Positions 17,556 through 29,171 of a stretch of 64,000 nt of DNA are shown one piece after another (the stretch's first letter is position 1; each line of letters opens with the position of its first letter). Origin of the DNA: an uncultured Verrucomicrobiae bacterium (GTDB lineage: Bacteria; Verrucomicrobiota; Verrucomicrobiia; Chthoniobacterales; UBA10450). The position numbers and the translations under genes are program-made. The stretch spans positions 768,001-832,000 of the forward strand of contig CAVYXA010000001.1 of NCBI GenBank assembly GCA_963772365.1, written 5' to 3'. The notes below the pieces were generated by a model. It saw only the letters and a program-made list of their open reading frames with translations, ran no database searches and had not been told where the DNA came from.

Positions 17556-19439
17556 TCAGCTGCCCGGTTCAAACGCCCGTTGCATCACATCGGCCAGATC
17601 GTGCCGCGTGAATGGTTTGGGAAGAGCCGCCCGGAAGCCGTAGGAAAGAAATTCGGACATTGCTGCTTCATCGGAGTAGCCACTGCAAATGATGGCTGTA
17701 ACCTCGGGATCCACTTTGCGCAGGCGCTCCATCGTTGCTACGCCCCCCATCCCGCCTCGAATGGTCGCGTCCAAAATGACAGCCTGAAATGTCTCGCCCC
17801 GGCGCAGCGCGCGTTCGTAAGTCTGGACTGCTTCAAGGCCGTCCGGCACCGTTGTGACCTCGAACCCGAGAGTAATCAGCAAATCGGAAATCAACTCGCG
17901 CACTGCCGCCTCGTCGTCCATAACCAAAACACGGTGATTATGAAATGATGTAGTGCGATCGGCGATCGGCGGCTCGATCACGATTGCGGTCTCATCAGCA
18001 GCCGGCAGATAGAAACTGAATATCGATCCTTCGGGTGAGGAGTTCTCGAGATGCAGCCAGCCACCATGCCTCTTCACTACGGAATAACTAATCGCCAGGC
18101 CAAGACCGCTTCCATTCGCCTTGGTCGTAAAATATGGATCGAAAATCTTCATCACAAAATCTTCCTCAATTCCGCAGCCGCGATCGGCCACGCTGATTTT
18201 GAGATAGCGCCCGGGAGGAAGCGGACCGGTCTCGCCTTCCAGTTTCAAATTACGGGCCGAGAGGCGAACGGTACCGCCATGAGGCATGGCCTCACGCGCA
18301 TTGATCAGAAGAGCATTAATGACCTGCTCGATCTGCCCGCGATCGACTTCTGCTTTCCAAAGATCGACAGGGATATCGATGTCAGCGCGCAAGTTCGAAC
18401 CATAAAGGCAGAACTCCGCCGCATGGGTGAGCAGCTCTGGAACCGAAAGCGGCCGTTTGAGCGGCGCACCGCCCTTCGAAAATGTAAGCAACTGTCCTGA
18501 AAGCCGGGCGGCATGTTGGGCCGCCTGGCCGGCTTTACCAAGAAACGACAACAGATTAGAAGCCCCGGGAGGCGCTTCGATTTGAGCCAGGCCGATGTTT
18601 CCTGAAATTACGGTCAGAATGTTGTTAAGATCGTGGGCAATTCCTCCTGCAAGCGTTCCAAGCGACTCCAGCTTACCGGTTGTCATCCGCTCCTCTTCAA
18701 TGCGCTTGCGTTCGGTCACATCGCGGAAGAAGACTGAGACGCCGCCACCGCTCGGGTACGCATTCATCTCAAACCAAACCTTCCCACTCGAATCACTCAT
18801 CTCGAACTCGACCGGAATCTGTTCGGTCATTACACGACGGAAGTTCTGCTCGAACGAAGAATTCTTGAGATGCGGAAATTCATTCCAAAAATACTTGCCC
18901 GAAAGGTCTCGCCGGGCGCGATCGAAAAGCTTCTCGGCCTGGGCGTTGACGTAAGTGAAACGCCATTCGCTATCAGTGGCAAAAAATGCATCTGTGGTCT
19001 TCTCGAGGATTTCGGTCATTCTGCGGGCCGTTTCCTGCAATTCGGCGCGGGCCTGATTGCGCTCGATCAGTGATAGAATTCGCCGCTCTGCTACAGAAAG
19101 CCGGATGTTCAGCAGAGCGAGATCGAACGGTTTGGTGAGATAATCGTTGGCGCCGTATTTAAGCGCCAGTTCCAAATCATCCGATTCTGCGCGGGCCGTA
19201 ACCAATAGGATAAAGATTTCATCCCCGCGCGGCCGTTGCCGCAATTCGCGGCAAAGATCCAGTCCACTTTTGCCTGGCAACATCCAATCCAGAATCAGGA
19301 AAGAAAACTCGCCGGTATTTAAAGCTTGCTCAGCCTCTTCGGCTGTCCCCACAGCCACGACTTCGTGACCACGACGCTCAATCAGACGTTGCAAAGTCCG
19401 CCGGCTATCCGGATGATCTTCTACAAGCAAAATTCTCAT
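17556..19439 (-). CDS. hybrid sensor histidine kinase (REC-PAS-HisKA-HATPase-REC)
   Basis: [26 protein letters not shown]-terminal receiver domain. Confidence 0.93.
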   Translation of the reverse strand: MRILLVEDHPDSRRTLQRLIERRGHEVVAVGTAEEAEQALNTGEFSFLILDWMLPGKSGLDLCRELRQRPRGDEIFILLVTARAESDDLELALKYGANDYLTKPFDLALLNIRLSVAERRILSLIERNQARAELQETARRMTEILEKTTDAFFATDSEWRFTYVNAQAEKLFDRARRDLSGKYFWNEFPHLKNSSFEQNFRRVMTEQIPVEFEMSDSSGKVWFEMNAYPSGGGVSVFFRDVTERKRIEEERMTTGKLESLGTLAGGIAHDLNNILTVISGNIGLAQIEAPPGASNLLSFLGKAGQAAQHAARLSGQLLTFSKGGAPLKRPLSVPELLTHAAEFCLYGSNLRADIDIPVDLWKAEVDRGQIEQVINALLINAREAMPHGGTVRLSARNLKLEGETGPLPPGRYLKISVADRGCGIEEDFVMKIFDPYFTTKANGSGLGLAISYSVVKRHGGWLHLENSSPEGSIFSFYLPAADETAIVIEPPIADRTTSFHNHRVLVMDDEAAVRELISDLLITLGFEVTTVPDGLEAVQTYERALRRGETFQAVILDATIRGGMGGVATMERLRKVDPEVTAIICSGYSDEAAMSEFLSYGFRAALPKPFTRHDLADVMQRAFEPGS

Positions 19440-19652
19440 TTTGTTCCATCAGCAGCATGCTTTCCGCCGGTGCACTTTGTTATCGCAAGAGTGCTCCCGT
19501 GGCGGTCGCTGCGTTGTGCAAAACAGGAGCAGGATGACTGCCAGTTGAGGTGACTCACTGCTCGATTGCTTATGGGCTCGACGGTTCCATTGGTGCCCTT
19601 GCGTTGGCCGTTGCTTCTGCTAGATAAGCTAATCTCAACCGCTGCCTTTTCA

Positions 19653-20480
19653 ATGCGCCTCTTGGGTCTGCTCGTTCTTAGTTTTGTCGGGCTCGCTGCG
19701 ATCAATTTGACGGAGGCTCAGACTTCTTCCTTGCCACAAGTGCCGAAGAAAGTTGCCCCGGCAATGCCAGCTGAGACTCAAATCACGTTCAACTCAGTGC
19801 ATGTCGATGGTCCCTATATTGCCTTGACCTTCGATGATGGACCGAGCCCGAAACTCACTCCAAAGTTGCTCGATCTATTGGCCGAACATCACATCAAGGC
19901 CACCTTTTTTGTGATCGGGCAAAATGTAGTCGAGCATCCGGAGATCGTTGCCAGAGCGGTGCGAGAAGGTCATGAAATCGGCAATCACAGTTGGTCACAT
20001 CCGAACTTCGGGCACATGTCGGATGAGTCCGTGCGGCTCCAACTGAAACGGACGGATCAGGCAATCGAAAACGCAACCGGCTCGCGACCGGTATTGCTCC
20101 GGCCTCCTTACGGGTCCATTACGCCGCGGCAAAAGCGGTGGATCCACAACGAGTTCGGCTACGACATCGTCCTGTGGGACGTCGATCCTCTGGATTGGAA
20201 GCGCCCTGGTCCCACGGCTATTTTCAGTCGAATTATGAAAGCAACTCGCCCGGGGTCGATAGTGCTTTCGCACGATATCCATTTGGGAACAATCGAAGCG
20301 ATGCCGGCCATTCTCAGTCAATTGGAAGCACGCGGATTCAAATTTGTTACCGTATCCGAGTTGATTGGACTGGCCGCTGCGGCACCACCAAAGGCCTTAC
20401 CGGTATCGACCAGCGTCTCAGTCACCGCTCATTCAGTCGCGCCAGCACCGACTTCGTCCCCGCTTCATACTGGTCCGTAA
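19653..20480 (+). CDS. polysaccharide/peptidoglycan deacetylase (CE4)
   Basis: ALTFDDGP, GNHSWSH, RPPYG, LSHD. Confidence 0.92.
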   Translation: MRLLGLLVLSFVGLAAINLTEAQTSSLPQVPKKVAPAMPAETQITFNSVHVDGPYIALTFDDGPSPKLTPKLLDLLAEHHIKATFFVIGQNVVEHPEIVARAVREGHEIGNHSWSHPNFGHMSDESVRLQLKRTDQAIENATGSRPVLLRPPYGSITPRQKRWIHNEFGYDIVLWDVDPLDWKRPGPTAIFSRIMKATRPGSIVLSHDIHLGTIEAMPAILSQLEARGFKFVTVSELIGLAAAAPPKALPVSTSVSVTAHSVAPAPTSSPLHTGP

Positions 20481-20500
20481 TTGCGAGTCCGGAAGGGACC

Positions 20501-22216
20501 ATGATAGCGGATCACTACCTCCAGCTTCGGAGCGACCTTGAAACTGCATTATCGGGGGTGCTTAAGCTTGCCTCGGAGATGCGCCGCTCCAGTGCGTCGC
20601 TCGATAGCATCCAGGGATTGTTTACCGATATTCGCGAGCCACTGCTCATCGTCGCCGTGGGTGAAGTGAAATCAGGAAAATCATCGCTCTTGAATGCACT
20701 TTTCGGTGAGGAATTTGCAAAAGTTGACGTTCTTCCGGCCACCGATCGGATTTGCATATTCCGATACAGCGAGCGCGAGAAATCTGTCGATGTTTCCCCG
20801 CAATTGGTCGAGCGCTACCTGCCCGTGCCATTCCTGCGCGATTTCAATGTTGTGGATACCCCGGGCACAAACACGATGGTCGCGGAGCATCAGCTAATCA
20901 CGGAAAGTTTTATTCCGCGGGCCGATCTCGTTCTCTTTGTCTTTTCCGTTGTAAATCCCTGGACCCAGTCAGCTTGGGATCTTCTGAGCTTTGTCCAAAA
21001 GAAGTGGCTTAAGAACGTGGTTTTCGTGTTACAACAAGCTGATTTGCGCGCCCCCGCCGAAATCGATGTAATTCGCCGGCATCTGCAGGAAACAGCGCTT
21101 CAGAAACTTGGTTTTGCGCCGCCCATCTTTGCTGTTTCCGCACGAGACGCATTGGCCGCGCGCTCAAGCGGACCGCTTGGAGTCGGTCTCAGCAAAGGTA
21201 ACGAATTTCCGGAGCTGGAAGCACAGATTAATTTGATCGTTACCGGGCCCGGCGCACGTACCCTCAAGTTACGGTCGGCTGCCCAGACGGGTCAGCTCAT
21301 GGTCAAAGAAATTACCAGTGAATTAAATGCTTCACTCGATGTGATTGCTCAGGACGAGGCGCAGCTCGCACGAGCGGAAGCTTTTTTGGAAACACGGAAG
21401 GAGCAAACTCTGCGACAAGTGGCCGGACTTCTGCGCGGTGTCGAGGAAGCGTGCCGTAAAGGCGCCGCCGAGGGACTGAAATTGCTCGAGACCAAGCTCT
21501 CCTTTTGGCGGACATGGAAAATGATCTGGTCGCGCGATGAATGGCAACACGAATTTCAATCGCAAATCGAAGCGAAACTTCGACAAGCCGTGGAGTATCA
21601 GGCGGAAAATGCAGTTCACCTGTTGGAGACTGACCTGCGCGCACTCTGGCCGCAGGTTCACGATCTTATCGACCAGCAACTGCACAGCGATTTACAGGAT
21701 AAGATTCCAAAAGCCGTTCCCGATTTCGTCCGGCAGCGACGAGAGCTGCTTCAATCCATCCAACTTGCATTAGGCGAGCGGATATCGGGCACGAACGTAA
21801 ACGAAACGCTGACGCAACTTTTTCGCGAAACGTCGACGATTTTACGAGTGCCTGCCGGGCTCGCGGCGGCAGGGGGAATTGCGACGTTAATCGCCGCCAT
21901 GACCAGCGCAGCTGTCGCCGATGTGACCGGCGTCCTGGCAGCGTCTGCGGCAGTAATCGGCACCATTCTCGCCGTAACTCAACGTCGAAAAATTTTAACC
22001 GCCTATCATCAGCAAATGGAAGCCAGACGCGTTGAATTAGTGCAGACAATCGAGCGGCAGCTCAATCACGCGATCAATCTGTTTTACACTGAAGTTTCAA
22101 CGGCTTTTCAGCCTCTGGCTGCTTTTTGCACAACTCAACGCCGAGTTCACGAGCCGCTGCTGAATCGCGCGCAGGAACTCGAGCGCAGTTTCGCCGGAGC
22201 GTTGTCTCGGCTGTAG
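20501..22216 (+). CDS. bacterial dynamin-like GTPase
   Basis: GEVKSGKSS, PAT, DTPG; helical stalk with a hydrophobic paddle. Confidence 0.85.
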   Translation: MIADHYLQLRSDLETALSGVLKLASEMRRSSASLDSIQGLFTDIREPLLIVAVGEVKSGKSSLLNALFGEEFAKVDVLPATDRICIFRYSEREKSVDVSPQLVERYLPVPFLRDFNVVDTPGTNTMVAEHQLITESFIPRADLVLFVFSVVNPWTQSAWDLLSFVQKKWLKNVVFVLQQADLRAPAEIDVIRRHLQETALQKLGFAPPIFAVSARDALAARSSGPLGVGLSKGNEFPELEAQINLIVTGPGARTLKLRSAAQTGQLMVKEITSELNASLDVIAQDEAQLARAEAFLETRKEQTLRQVAGLLRGVEEACRKGAAEGLKLLETKLSFWRTWKMIWSRDEWQHEFQSQIEAKLRQAVEYQAENAVHLLETDLRALWPQVHDLIDQQLHSDLQDKIPKAVPDFVRQRRELLQSIQLALGERISGTNVNETLTQLFRETSTILRVPAGLAAAGGIATLIAAMTSAAVADVTGVLAASAAVIGTILAVTQRRKILTAYHQQMEARRVELVQTIERQLNHAINLFYTEVSTAFQPLAAFCTTQRRVHEPLLNRAQELERSFAGALSRL

Positions 22217-22268
22217 ATCTGGAGATGGCTGGCCTAAATTGCCCCGCGACCAGCAACCGTTGCTCAGC

Positions 22269-23096
22269 TTACTTCTTGTTCGATTGTGTGCGCTGGGCGA
22301 ATTGCCGATCCAGCTGGCGACGCGCGATTACGAAATTGTTGTTCTCGCCGTAATTGCGCCATGGACCTGCCGCCACATCAGCAACATCGACAAACTTCCA
22401 GTCGGTAACATCTGTCGGCTGAAGGCGAAGATAATCCCGGACCGCCGGGGAAACATCCAGGCCCGCGCCACGGTTCAAGTTCGGCTTTGGTCGCTCGTTC
22501 TGGAAAACATATTGGTAATGATCCGTGCGGAAGGGGCCGCAATCCTCCCATTGCGCGTAACATGTACGGTTGCCCTTGCGAATCGCAATCCAACGATGTT
22601 GGCAGACCGATTGACCGGGTCCGGTATAGCTTTGCTTGAACCACGGAATCACCAAAGGCGCTTCCGGTTTGAATTGGCCATGGCTCACGTCGTTATAGGG
22701 AAGCGCGCAGTAGAATGGATTGAGCCTAGGGGTGAAGTTGGCGGGGATATAATTGCGACGGTGGGACGGATCGGGATTGTCGTAACCTCCATAATTGGTC
22801 GTCCAATTCAGATCCCACGAGCTCCGGTTGTTCGGGACTGGATTGTTATCGCCAGCCGATTCTCCAATCCAAAAAACCGTGGTTACAATGTTTGTCTTCC
22901 ACGGAAAGCGCTGAGTCGTCGGGCGTGAACTGGTCGGCACGAAGACCTGCGGCTCAACTTTCAACAGAGCTTTTTCACGCAATTGCCTTGCGTACCGTGC
23001 GAAATCAGCGGCCGTCGCGTAAGGGGAATCGGATTGAGCATGGGCGACAAGCGCGCCGCTGGACACCAAAAGAATATGCGTAATGAACCTTCTCAT
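22269..23096 (-). CDS. secreted conserved hypothetical protein (possible double-psi barrel)
   Basis: Signal peptide; NPFYCALPYND, YAQWEDCGPF, GLDVSPAV. Confidence 0.7.
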   Translation of the reverse strand: MRRFITHILLVSSGALVAHAQSDSPYATAADFARYARQLREKALLKVEPQVFVPTSSRPTTQRFPWKTNIVTTVFWIGESAGDNNPVPNNRSSWDLNWTTNYGGYDNPDPSHRRNYIPANFTPRLNPFYCALPYNDVSHGQFKPEAPLVIPWFKQSYTGPGQSVCQHRWIAIRKGNRTCYAQWEDCGPFRTDHYQYVFQNERPKPNLNRGAGLDVSPAVRDYLRLQPTDVTDWKFVDVADVAAGPWRNYGENNNFVIARRQLDRQFAQRTQSNKK

Positions 23097-23212
23097 CCGG
23101 GAATGTCGAGGTTGTTCTATCCGATAATCGCCTCCCAGGCAAGGCCTTTTACCCATCGATAGCCTTTGCCAATCGGAACCCTCTCTCTCTAAAGCACCAT
23201 CTATTCCAGTCT

Positions 23213-24802
23213 TCAGTCCCGATTCAGCAACGTATCGTGCTTGAACTGTTGATCTTCTGTCTTGGGATAATCGAGCGTATAGTGAAGGCCGCGGCTTTCC
23301 TTTCGAGTCAACGCTGAATCGACAATGAGGGCTGCCACTGTCGCAAGATTACGCAGTTCCAAAAGGTCTACCGAGATTTTAAAGTTCCAATAGAATTCGC
23401 GGATTTCACGTTGGAGATTGCGCAAGCGCGCGCTGGCTCGTTGCAATCGCTTGTCCGTGCGCACGATCCCAACGTAATCCCACATGAGCCGCCGGATTTC
23501 GTCCCAATTGTGATAAATCACGACCAACTCATCGACATCCTGAACATCGCCGGCTTTCCATTCCGGCAGCGAAATATCGCGACTCGAGCCGGGTTTTTCT
23601 ACAGCAACCTGCGCGGCTCGATGCGCCACTACCAACCCTTCGAGCAATGAATTGCTGGCCAGTCGATTTGCTCCGTGCAGTCCCGTGCAACCAACTTCTC
23701 CAACGGCGTAGAGACCTGGCAAACTTGTCACCCCGTTGACGTCCGTTTTGATTCCACCGCATTGATAATGCGCCGCAGGTACTACTGGAATCGGCTGTTT
23801 GGACATGTCGATCCCAAATCGTAAACAAGTTTCGTAGATGTGCGGAAACCGTTCCTGGATGAATTCCGGTGATTTGTGAGTGATGTCGAGAAAGACGCAT
23901 TGCGCCCCGGAACGCTTCATCTCGGCGTCGATCGCCCGGGCGACGATGTCTCGCGGCGCCAATTCCGCCCGAGCGTCGTATCGTTTCATGAACGCTTCGC
24001 CGAGGAAATTTCGCAAGATTCCCCCTTCACCACGCACCGCTTCGGAAATGAGAAATGACTTTGCTTTCGGATGAAACAGACAGGTGGGATGAAACTGCAC
24101 GAACTCCATGTTCGCGATCGTTATACCCCCGCGCCACGCCATGGCCACGCCGTCACCCGTGGCGATGTCGGGATTGGTTGTATAAAGATAAACTTTGCCG
24201 CAACCGCCTGTAGCCAGCACGACCCGATCTGAGCAGATCGTCTCTACTTTGCCGGTTTTTTCATCGAGAACATAGACCCCGAGACAGCGGTCTTCCGAAG
24301 CAAATCCAAGCTTTGCCGCCGTGATCAAATCGACGGCCATATGATTTTCCAGAAGATCGACATCGCCGTGACTTTCGAGTGCCCGCAGCAAAGTCTCTTC
24401 GATTTCCTTGCCAGTCGCATCGCGCACATGCAACACGCGCCGTTTCGAATGGCCAGCTTCGCGGCCCAGATCGAATTCGCGATGCCCGGAAACGTCTCGT
24501 TCATCAAATTCCAACCCCAGATCGATAAGTTCCCCGATCCGGTCCGGGCCTTCCGTTATCACTGTTTGGACAACGTTTTTATCGCAAAGGCCCGCCCCGG
24601 CTTCGAGTGTATCGCGCATATGCAGGTCGAACGAATCTTGCTTGCTCGTCACGCAAGCGATTCCGCCCTGCGCCCAAGCCGTATTCGAGTCTGCTCCTTT
24701 GCGCTTCGTAATGACCGCCACTGATCCGTGCCGGGCCACTTTCAGGGCAAAGCTGAGGCCGGCGATTCCGCTGCCGATCACGACAAAATCATATTGCTTC
24801 AT
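23213..24802 (-). CDS. nadB: L-aspartate oxidase
   Basis: GSGIAG, AQGGIA, QFHPT, GLHGANRLASNSL, ESRGLHY. Confidence 0.96.
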   Translation of the reverse strand: MKQYDFVVIGSGIAGLSFALKVARHGSVAVITKRKGADSNTAWAQGGIACVTSKQDSFDLHMRDTLEAGAGLCDKNVVQTVITEGPDRIGELIDLGLEFDERDVSGHREFDLGREAGHSKRRVLHVRDATGKEIEETLLRALESHGDVDLLENHMAVDLITAAKLGFASEDRCLGVYVLDEKTGKVETICSDRVVLATGGCGKVYLYTTNPDIATGDGVAMAWRGGITIANMEFVQFHPTCLFHPKAKSFLISEAVRGEGGILRNFLGEAFMKRYDARAELAPRDIVARAIDAEMKRSGAQCVFLDITHKSPEFIQERFPHIYETCLRFGIDMSKQPIPVVPAAHYQCGGIKTDVNGVTSLPGLYAVGEVGCTGLHGANRLASNSLLEGLVVAHRAAQVAVEKPGSSRDISLPEWKAGDVQDVDELVVIYHNWDEIRRLMWDYVGIVRTDKRLQRASARLRNLQREIREFYWNFKISVDLLELRNLATVAALIVDSALTRKESRGLHYTLDYPKTEDQQFKHDTLLNRD

Positions 24803-25626
24803 CCCAAACGGATATTATCGATCAATCGAGTCTTGCCGAAAAACACTGCCAGCGCGAGGAGCGAGTTCGGCTGGATCGCGTCGAGCCGCTGCAATGCCTC
24901 AGCATCGACCAGTTCCACGTAATCGATCCGGGCAAGCGGCGCCCGACTGATGATGTTAGTGGTAAGATCGACAACGTCCTTCGCCGCCTTTTTCCCGGAG
25001 TTCCTCGCCGTAGTAAGCGCTTCATACAAAACAGCTGCCTGCTTTCGTTCCTCGGCATTCAAATATTGGTTGCGCGAACTGCAGGCGAGGCCGTCATCTT
25101 CGCGAACTGTCGGCACGCCGATGATCTCGGTCCTGAAATTTAGATCGCGAACCATCCGGCGAATAATTGCCAGTTGCTGAAAATCCTTTTCACCGAACAC
25201 CGCAGCGTCTGGCTGCAAAATGTTGAGCAGCTTCGCCACGACTGTGCAGACCCCGCGAAAATGACCCGGACGCGCTTTGCCTTCGAGTAGTTTTGATAAG
25301 CTCAGCTCGTCAACAAACACGGACCGATCTTCGAGGTACATTTCCTCAGGCGATGGTCGAAATAGAAGATCCACGCCTGCGTTTCGGCAGAATTCTTCAT
25401 CTGCTTCCCGCGGCCTGGGGTAGCGTTCGTAATCGCTTCCCGGCTCAAACTGAAGCGGATTTACGAAAATGCTGACCGCCACTTCACCGTTTCCACCCAC
25501 GTGCTCTCGCGCGACTCGGATCAATTCACCATGCCCCTTATGAAGCGCTCCCATCGTGGGAATTAACACGCGCGGCGCAGGTCGAGCCGACGCGTGCAAC
25601 TCGCGGATCTTGGTGCAAATCCTCAC
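24799..25626 (-). CDS. panC: pantoate--beta-alanine ligase
   Basis: PTMGALHKGH, FGEKDFQQ, SSRN, RLIDN. Confidence 0.97.
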   Translation of the reverse strand: MRICTKIRELHASARPAPRVLIPTMGALHKGHGELIRVAREHVGGNGEVAVSIFVNPLQFEPGSDYERYPRPREADEEFCRNAGVDLLFRPSPEEMYLEDRSVFVDELSLSKLLEGKARPGHFRGVCTVVAKLLNILQPDAAVFGEKDFQQLAIIRRMVRDLNFRTEIIGVPTVREDDGLACSSRNQYLNAEERKQAAVLYEALTTARNSGKKAAKDVVDLTTNIISRAPLARIDYVELVDAEALQRLDAIQPNSLLALAVFFGKTRLIDNIRLG

Positions 25627-26330
25627 ATTTGATCCCCGACCGCCTCCATCCAGATCGCCTGGCGCGCAAAAGGGAATTTCCCCTGACCGAAATTTTTCCA
25701 GCCGGCACGCCTTGCCAGATCGCGTAATTCCGAAAACGTAAAAGAGCGTTTGGCGGAGAGTCGCGCGTCGAATCGCGTCATGGGCTCGCGAAAAATCAGC
25801 GCAGTTAGCAGATAAACGCCGGTCTTGAGAAACCGACTCCGCCTCAGATCCGATACGAGAACGAATTTGCGCGAGAGTTCACGGCAGCGCCGCAAGAGTT
25901 GAGTCGCATCGGATTCGCTGAAATGGTGCAGTGTCATCGTGTTGAGAACGAGATCGTATGGCGCGGCGGTGTCGAATTGTAAAATATCGTCTTCGTGATA
26001 AACGATCTCAGGATAATCGCCGCTCAATTGTTGTGCGATTGCGAGCGTGGCCGCTTGTCGATCCACCGCATCAATTTCGACGCTTGCGCCAATCGATCGT
26101 GCATGATCGACAATCAATCGCGGGATATCGCCGGAACCGGTAGCAAGATCGACAATTCGCATTTTGCTTCCTGGCTTAATCCACCGTCGGGCGAACGTTA
26201 AAACCAGCCGGTAACTTCCAAACCAACGATTGAGTTGCCGGATTCGTTCGAGATCGCGCTCCAATTCAATCGAAACCGGCTGCCGCCGGTCCATCATCTC
26301 CAGCACCGCCGGATCAAATTGGCGCTTCAC
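25623..26330 (-). CDS. class I SAM-dependent methyltransferase
   Basis: EMMD, DLATGSGD, LHHF, SDLRR. Confidence 0.85.
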   Translation of the reverse strand: MKRQFDPAVLEMMDRRQPVSIELERDLERIRQLNRWFGSYRLVLTFARRWIKPGSKMRIVDLATGSGDIPRLIVDHARSIGASVEIDAVDRQAATLAIAQQLSGDYPEIVYHEDDILQFDTAAPYDLVLNTMTLHHFSESDATQLLRRCRELSRKFVLVSDLRRSRFLKTGVYLLTALIFREPMTRFDARLSAKRSFTFSELRDLARRAGWKNFGQGKFPFARQAIWMEAVGDQM

Positions 26331-26339
26331 TTGCTAGCT

Positions 26340-26409
26340 TGTAGCGGCGGTCTGTGACCGTCGCAAATCTTCACTCCCCAAACCACGACGCTCATAGAGC
26401 GCCGCTACA
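26340..26409. repeat. GTAG-type REP doublet, family A, copy 2
   Basis: TGTAGCGGCGGTCTGTGACCGTCG...CGACGCTCATAGAGCGCCGCTACA. Confidence 0.85.
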
Positions 26410-27151
26410 GGGAAAGAAATTTCTTCCAGCCTTCAGGCAACTCCGCCGTCTCAATTTCGCTCGCGATACGTCCTTCAAATTCAGGACGAAAAGTTGTGCT
26501 GGTGCCATACACCATAATCACATCCTCAGTCCCCTCGGCTCGAATCGCGTGGGCCACTCCCGGCGGAATTACGATGCCGATGTTGTTGTGACTGCGATGA
26601 TTATCTCCATCGACAAAAAACCGCATAACTCTTCGGGTAAATCCAACACGCGTATCGCACAGAATCATTTCCGCGCGACCCTGAAGGAAAAACATCACGT
26701 CCCATTGCTCTTGGTCGTAGCGGCGCAGTGAGAAATTCTCCGGCTCATCGACAAACAATTGTCTCAACCAGTCTGCTGCCGTTTCGCCTTCAGGGATTGA
26801 CGGCGGATGGACATGAAAACCTTTGGCGCTGCCGGCAAACATCCGCGCGGCTGACCATTGCTTCGGCCAAAGCCCGATGCGCGCGAGAATCCCTTCGTCG
26901 CGCCGCACAAATTCGCCAAAAAAACCGCGATGCCGCTGCGGATAAACTTTCCGGGCAAAAATTTCAGCACCGGGAATCCAAACATCCTTGATCTCAGGCT
27001 TGCTCCGATCTGCTGCTGCCAGATCGCCGCCTTCAACACCGCGCGCTCCGAGTTCCTCGGCAAATGAACCCGCGCGATAGTCGCGAGAGGCAAGTAACTT
27101 CCGCGCGTTGGGTTCGATTCCTTGCCAGAGATCTTTGCCGCTCTTGTTCAT
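26405..27151 (-). CDS. RmlC-like cupin (dTDP-4-dehydrorhamnose 3,5-epimerase-like)
   Basis: HRGFFGE, KGFHVH, IPPGVAH. Confidence 0.7.
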   Translation of the reverse strand: MNKSGKDLWQGIEPNARKLLASRDYRAGSFAEELGARGVEGGDLAAADRSKPEIKDVWIPGAEIFARKVYPQRHRGFFGEFVRRDEGILARIGLWPKQWSAARMFAGSAKGFHVHPPSIPEGETAADWLRQLFVDEPENFSLRRYDQEQWDVMFFLQGRAEMILCDTRVGFTRRVMRFFVDGDNHRSHNNIGIVIPPGVAHAIRAEGTEDVIMVYGTSTTFRPEFEGRIASEIETAELPEGWKKFLSL

Positions 27152-27155
27152 TTCA

Positions 27156-29102
27156 TCATCTGCTTAAGGAAAAATCCGCACGTTCGCGAGAAAGATTTGG
27201 ATTATAATAGGGATCGCGCTCGATGACGTCGATCCAGCGCTGGCGGATTACTTCGGCTTCCGGCGGCTCGATTGTTCTGCGACGCGTCCCGGATTCTCGG
27301 TGATAGAGCTTTGCAAAGGGAGTGTAAACGATCAGGTAACCCGCGCGCCGCATTTTCAAGCAAAGGTCGATGTCGCTGTAAGTGACAGGTAGATGCTCCT
27401 CATCAAACCCACCTACCTGTTCGAAGACGTCGCGGCGGGTGAGCATGCATGCGGCCGTGATCGCGCTGCAATTCCGCGTGACCTGCAGCTGTCGATTGAA
27501 CCCCAACGCATCGGCCGAAAAACCGCGAAACGCGTGATCGGCAACCGCCGGCCGACTCAAAATGACGCCGGCGTGCTGGATTGTGTCGTCCGGATAAAGC
27601 AACTGCGCCCCAACTGCGCCAACTTCAGGCCGCTGGACGTGCTCGGCCATGATCGTGAGCCATTCCGGATCGATCACTTCGATATCGCTGTTCAAAAACA
27701 AGAGCCATGGACTTTGCGTCTCCTTCACGGCGAAATTGTTGATGGCGGAATAATTGAACGGCCCGGCGTAATGCAGAACCCGATGCTGGAGTCGGCTAAA
27801 CAATGCCCGCGCCTCATCGGTTTGGCTCTCATTGTCGATGATAACGATCTGGTAATTTGGGTAATCGGTTTTCGCGATGATGCTGTCGATGCAGCGCGCA
27901 AGCAATCCGATCCGATCCCGCACCGGAATAATGATCGAAATTTTAAGCGGGTCGGCCAGTTCGCGCCGCACCCAGTAAGCGTGGGTGCGCCAGTCAATCG
28001 TCACGCGGCCAGACTGATTAGTTCGTCGCAGGTGCTCCTCGATTGCGCGCCGGCCGGCTTCGAGCGCGCCCGGTTTACGGCGAATATTATCAGCGACAGA
28101 ACTCTCGCTGCGTCGCCAGTGATAGAGCACGTGTGGGACATGAGCGATCCGGCTCGTGCGCTCGATTATTCGGAGGAGAAGATCGTAATCTTGCGAGCCA
28201 TCAAACTCGGAGCGAAAACCGCCCACCTTTTGCGCCAGCTCCCGCCGTAAAAAAATAAAATGGCAGAGATAATTAAAGGACAGGAACAAATCCGGCGACC
28301 AATCCGGTTTCAACAGCGGGAAATCAAAGCCGTGCTCGGTCAGCTTGTCTTCATCCGAGTAAATAAGGTCAACATCGGGATGTTCTTGAAGCCATCTCAC
28401 GTTTCGAAACAGCGCGTCGGGCTCGAGCAGATCGTCGTGATCGAACAATGCGATCCATTCACCGCTCGCGAGGCTGAGCGCGTGGTTCGATGCGGCCGAG
28501 ATGCCTTTGTTCGTGCCGAGCTTGCTCGTCAGAATCCGCGAATCGCGCCGAGGCAGGTCGTCCAGCAAGTGAATTAGATCGACATCGGTCGAGCCATCAT
28601 CAACGAGAATAAGCTCCCATTTTTCGTACGCTTGGGCGATCACCGATTTTACCGCTGTTTCCAACAGCGGCGCGGGCGTGTTAAAGGCCGGCATTACAAT
28701 GCTAACCAGCGGCTGATACGAAAATCCACGCGACTCCGTTCGCATCCTGGCAAGCTCATCTGCGCCCGGCTGATGGCGTTGCAACCACTGCTGATATTCC
28801 GATGCGGGCGCTTTTTTATAGCTCGATGGCCAGTATCGTTTTCGAATTTCTCGAAACAATTTCTGCGGCAATCGATACGGAGCGAGCAGGACCTGACCCA
28901 CGCGGCGCTCGGGAGATCTGCGTAGCGCCTGCTTTTGCTCTTTCAGTTTCCTAATCTCGTCACGATAGCGTCTCAGCTTCAGCACCTTCTCCTCGAGCTT
29001 CGTGATGTGGCGATCAGCCGCTTCCAATTCCAGGGTCCGCGCGCGGAGCGCTCGCTCAAGTTCACGAATACGTTGGCCATCAGCTTGCAACACGGCCCAC
29101 AT
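27156..29102 (-). CDS. tandem GT2 glycosyltransferase with N-terminal coiled coil
   Basis: Two GT2 domains (VSIVMP..DDGS; ISIIIP..DNES), DIDLCL, DPYYNPNL. Confidence 0.92.
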   Translation of the reverse strand: MWAVLQADGQRIRELERALRARTLELEAADRHITKLEEKVLKLRRYRDEIRKLKEQKQALRRSPERRVGQVLLAPYRLPQKLFREIRKRYWPSSYKKAPASEYQQWLQRHQPGADELARMRTESRGFSYQPLVSIVMPAFNTPAPLLETAVKSVIAQAYEKWELILVDDGSTDVDLIHLLDDLPRRDSRILTSKLGTNKGISAASNHALSLASGEWIALFDHDDLLEPDALFRNVRWLQEHPDVDLIYSDEDKLTEHGFDFPLLKPDWSPDLFLSFNYLCHFIFLRRELAQKVGGFRSEFDGSQDYDLLLRIIERTSRIAHVPHVLYHWRRSESSVADNIRRKPGALEAGRRAIEEHLRRTNQSGRVTIDWRTHAYWVRRELADPLKISIIIPVRDRIGLLARCIDSIIAKTDYPNYQIVIIDNESQTDEARALFSRLQHRVLHYAGPFNYSAINNFAVKETQSPWLLFLNSDIEVIDPEWLTIMAEHVQRPEVGAVGAQLLYPDDTIQHAGVILSRPAVADHAFRGFSADALGFNRQLQVTRNCSAITAACMLTRRDVFEQVGGFDEEHLPVTYSDIDLCLKMRRAGYLIVYTPFAKLYHRESGTRRRTIEPPEAEVIRQRWIDVIERDPYYNPNLSRERADFSLSR

Positions 29103-29171
29103 TATATTGATTGAAGCGCCGCGCAGGCAAATTTACTCTCTCGCGACCCGGCGATGGTCGCCGGCTGGTTC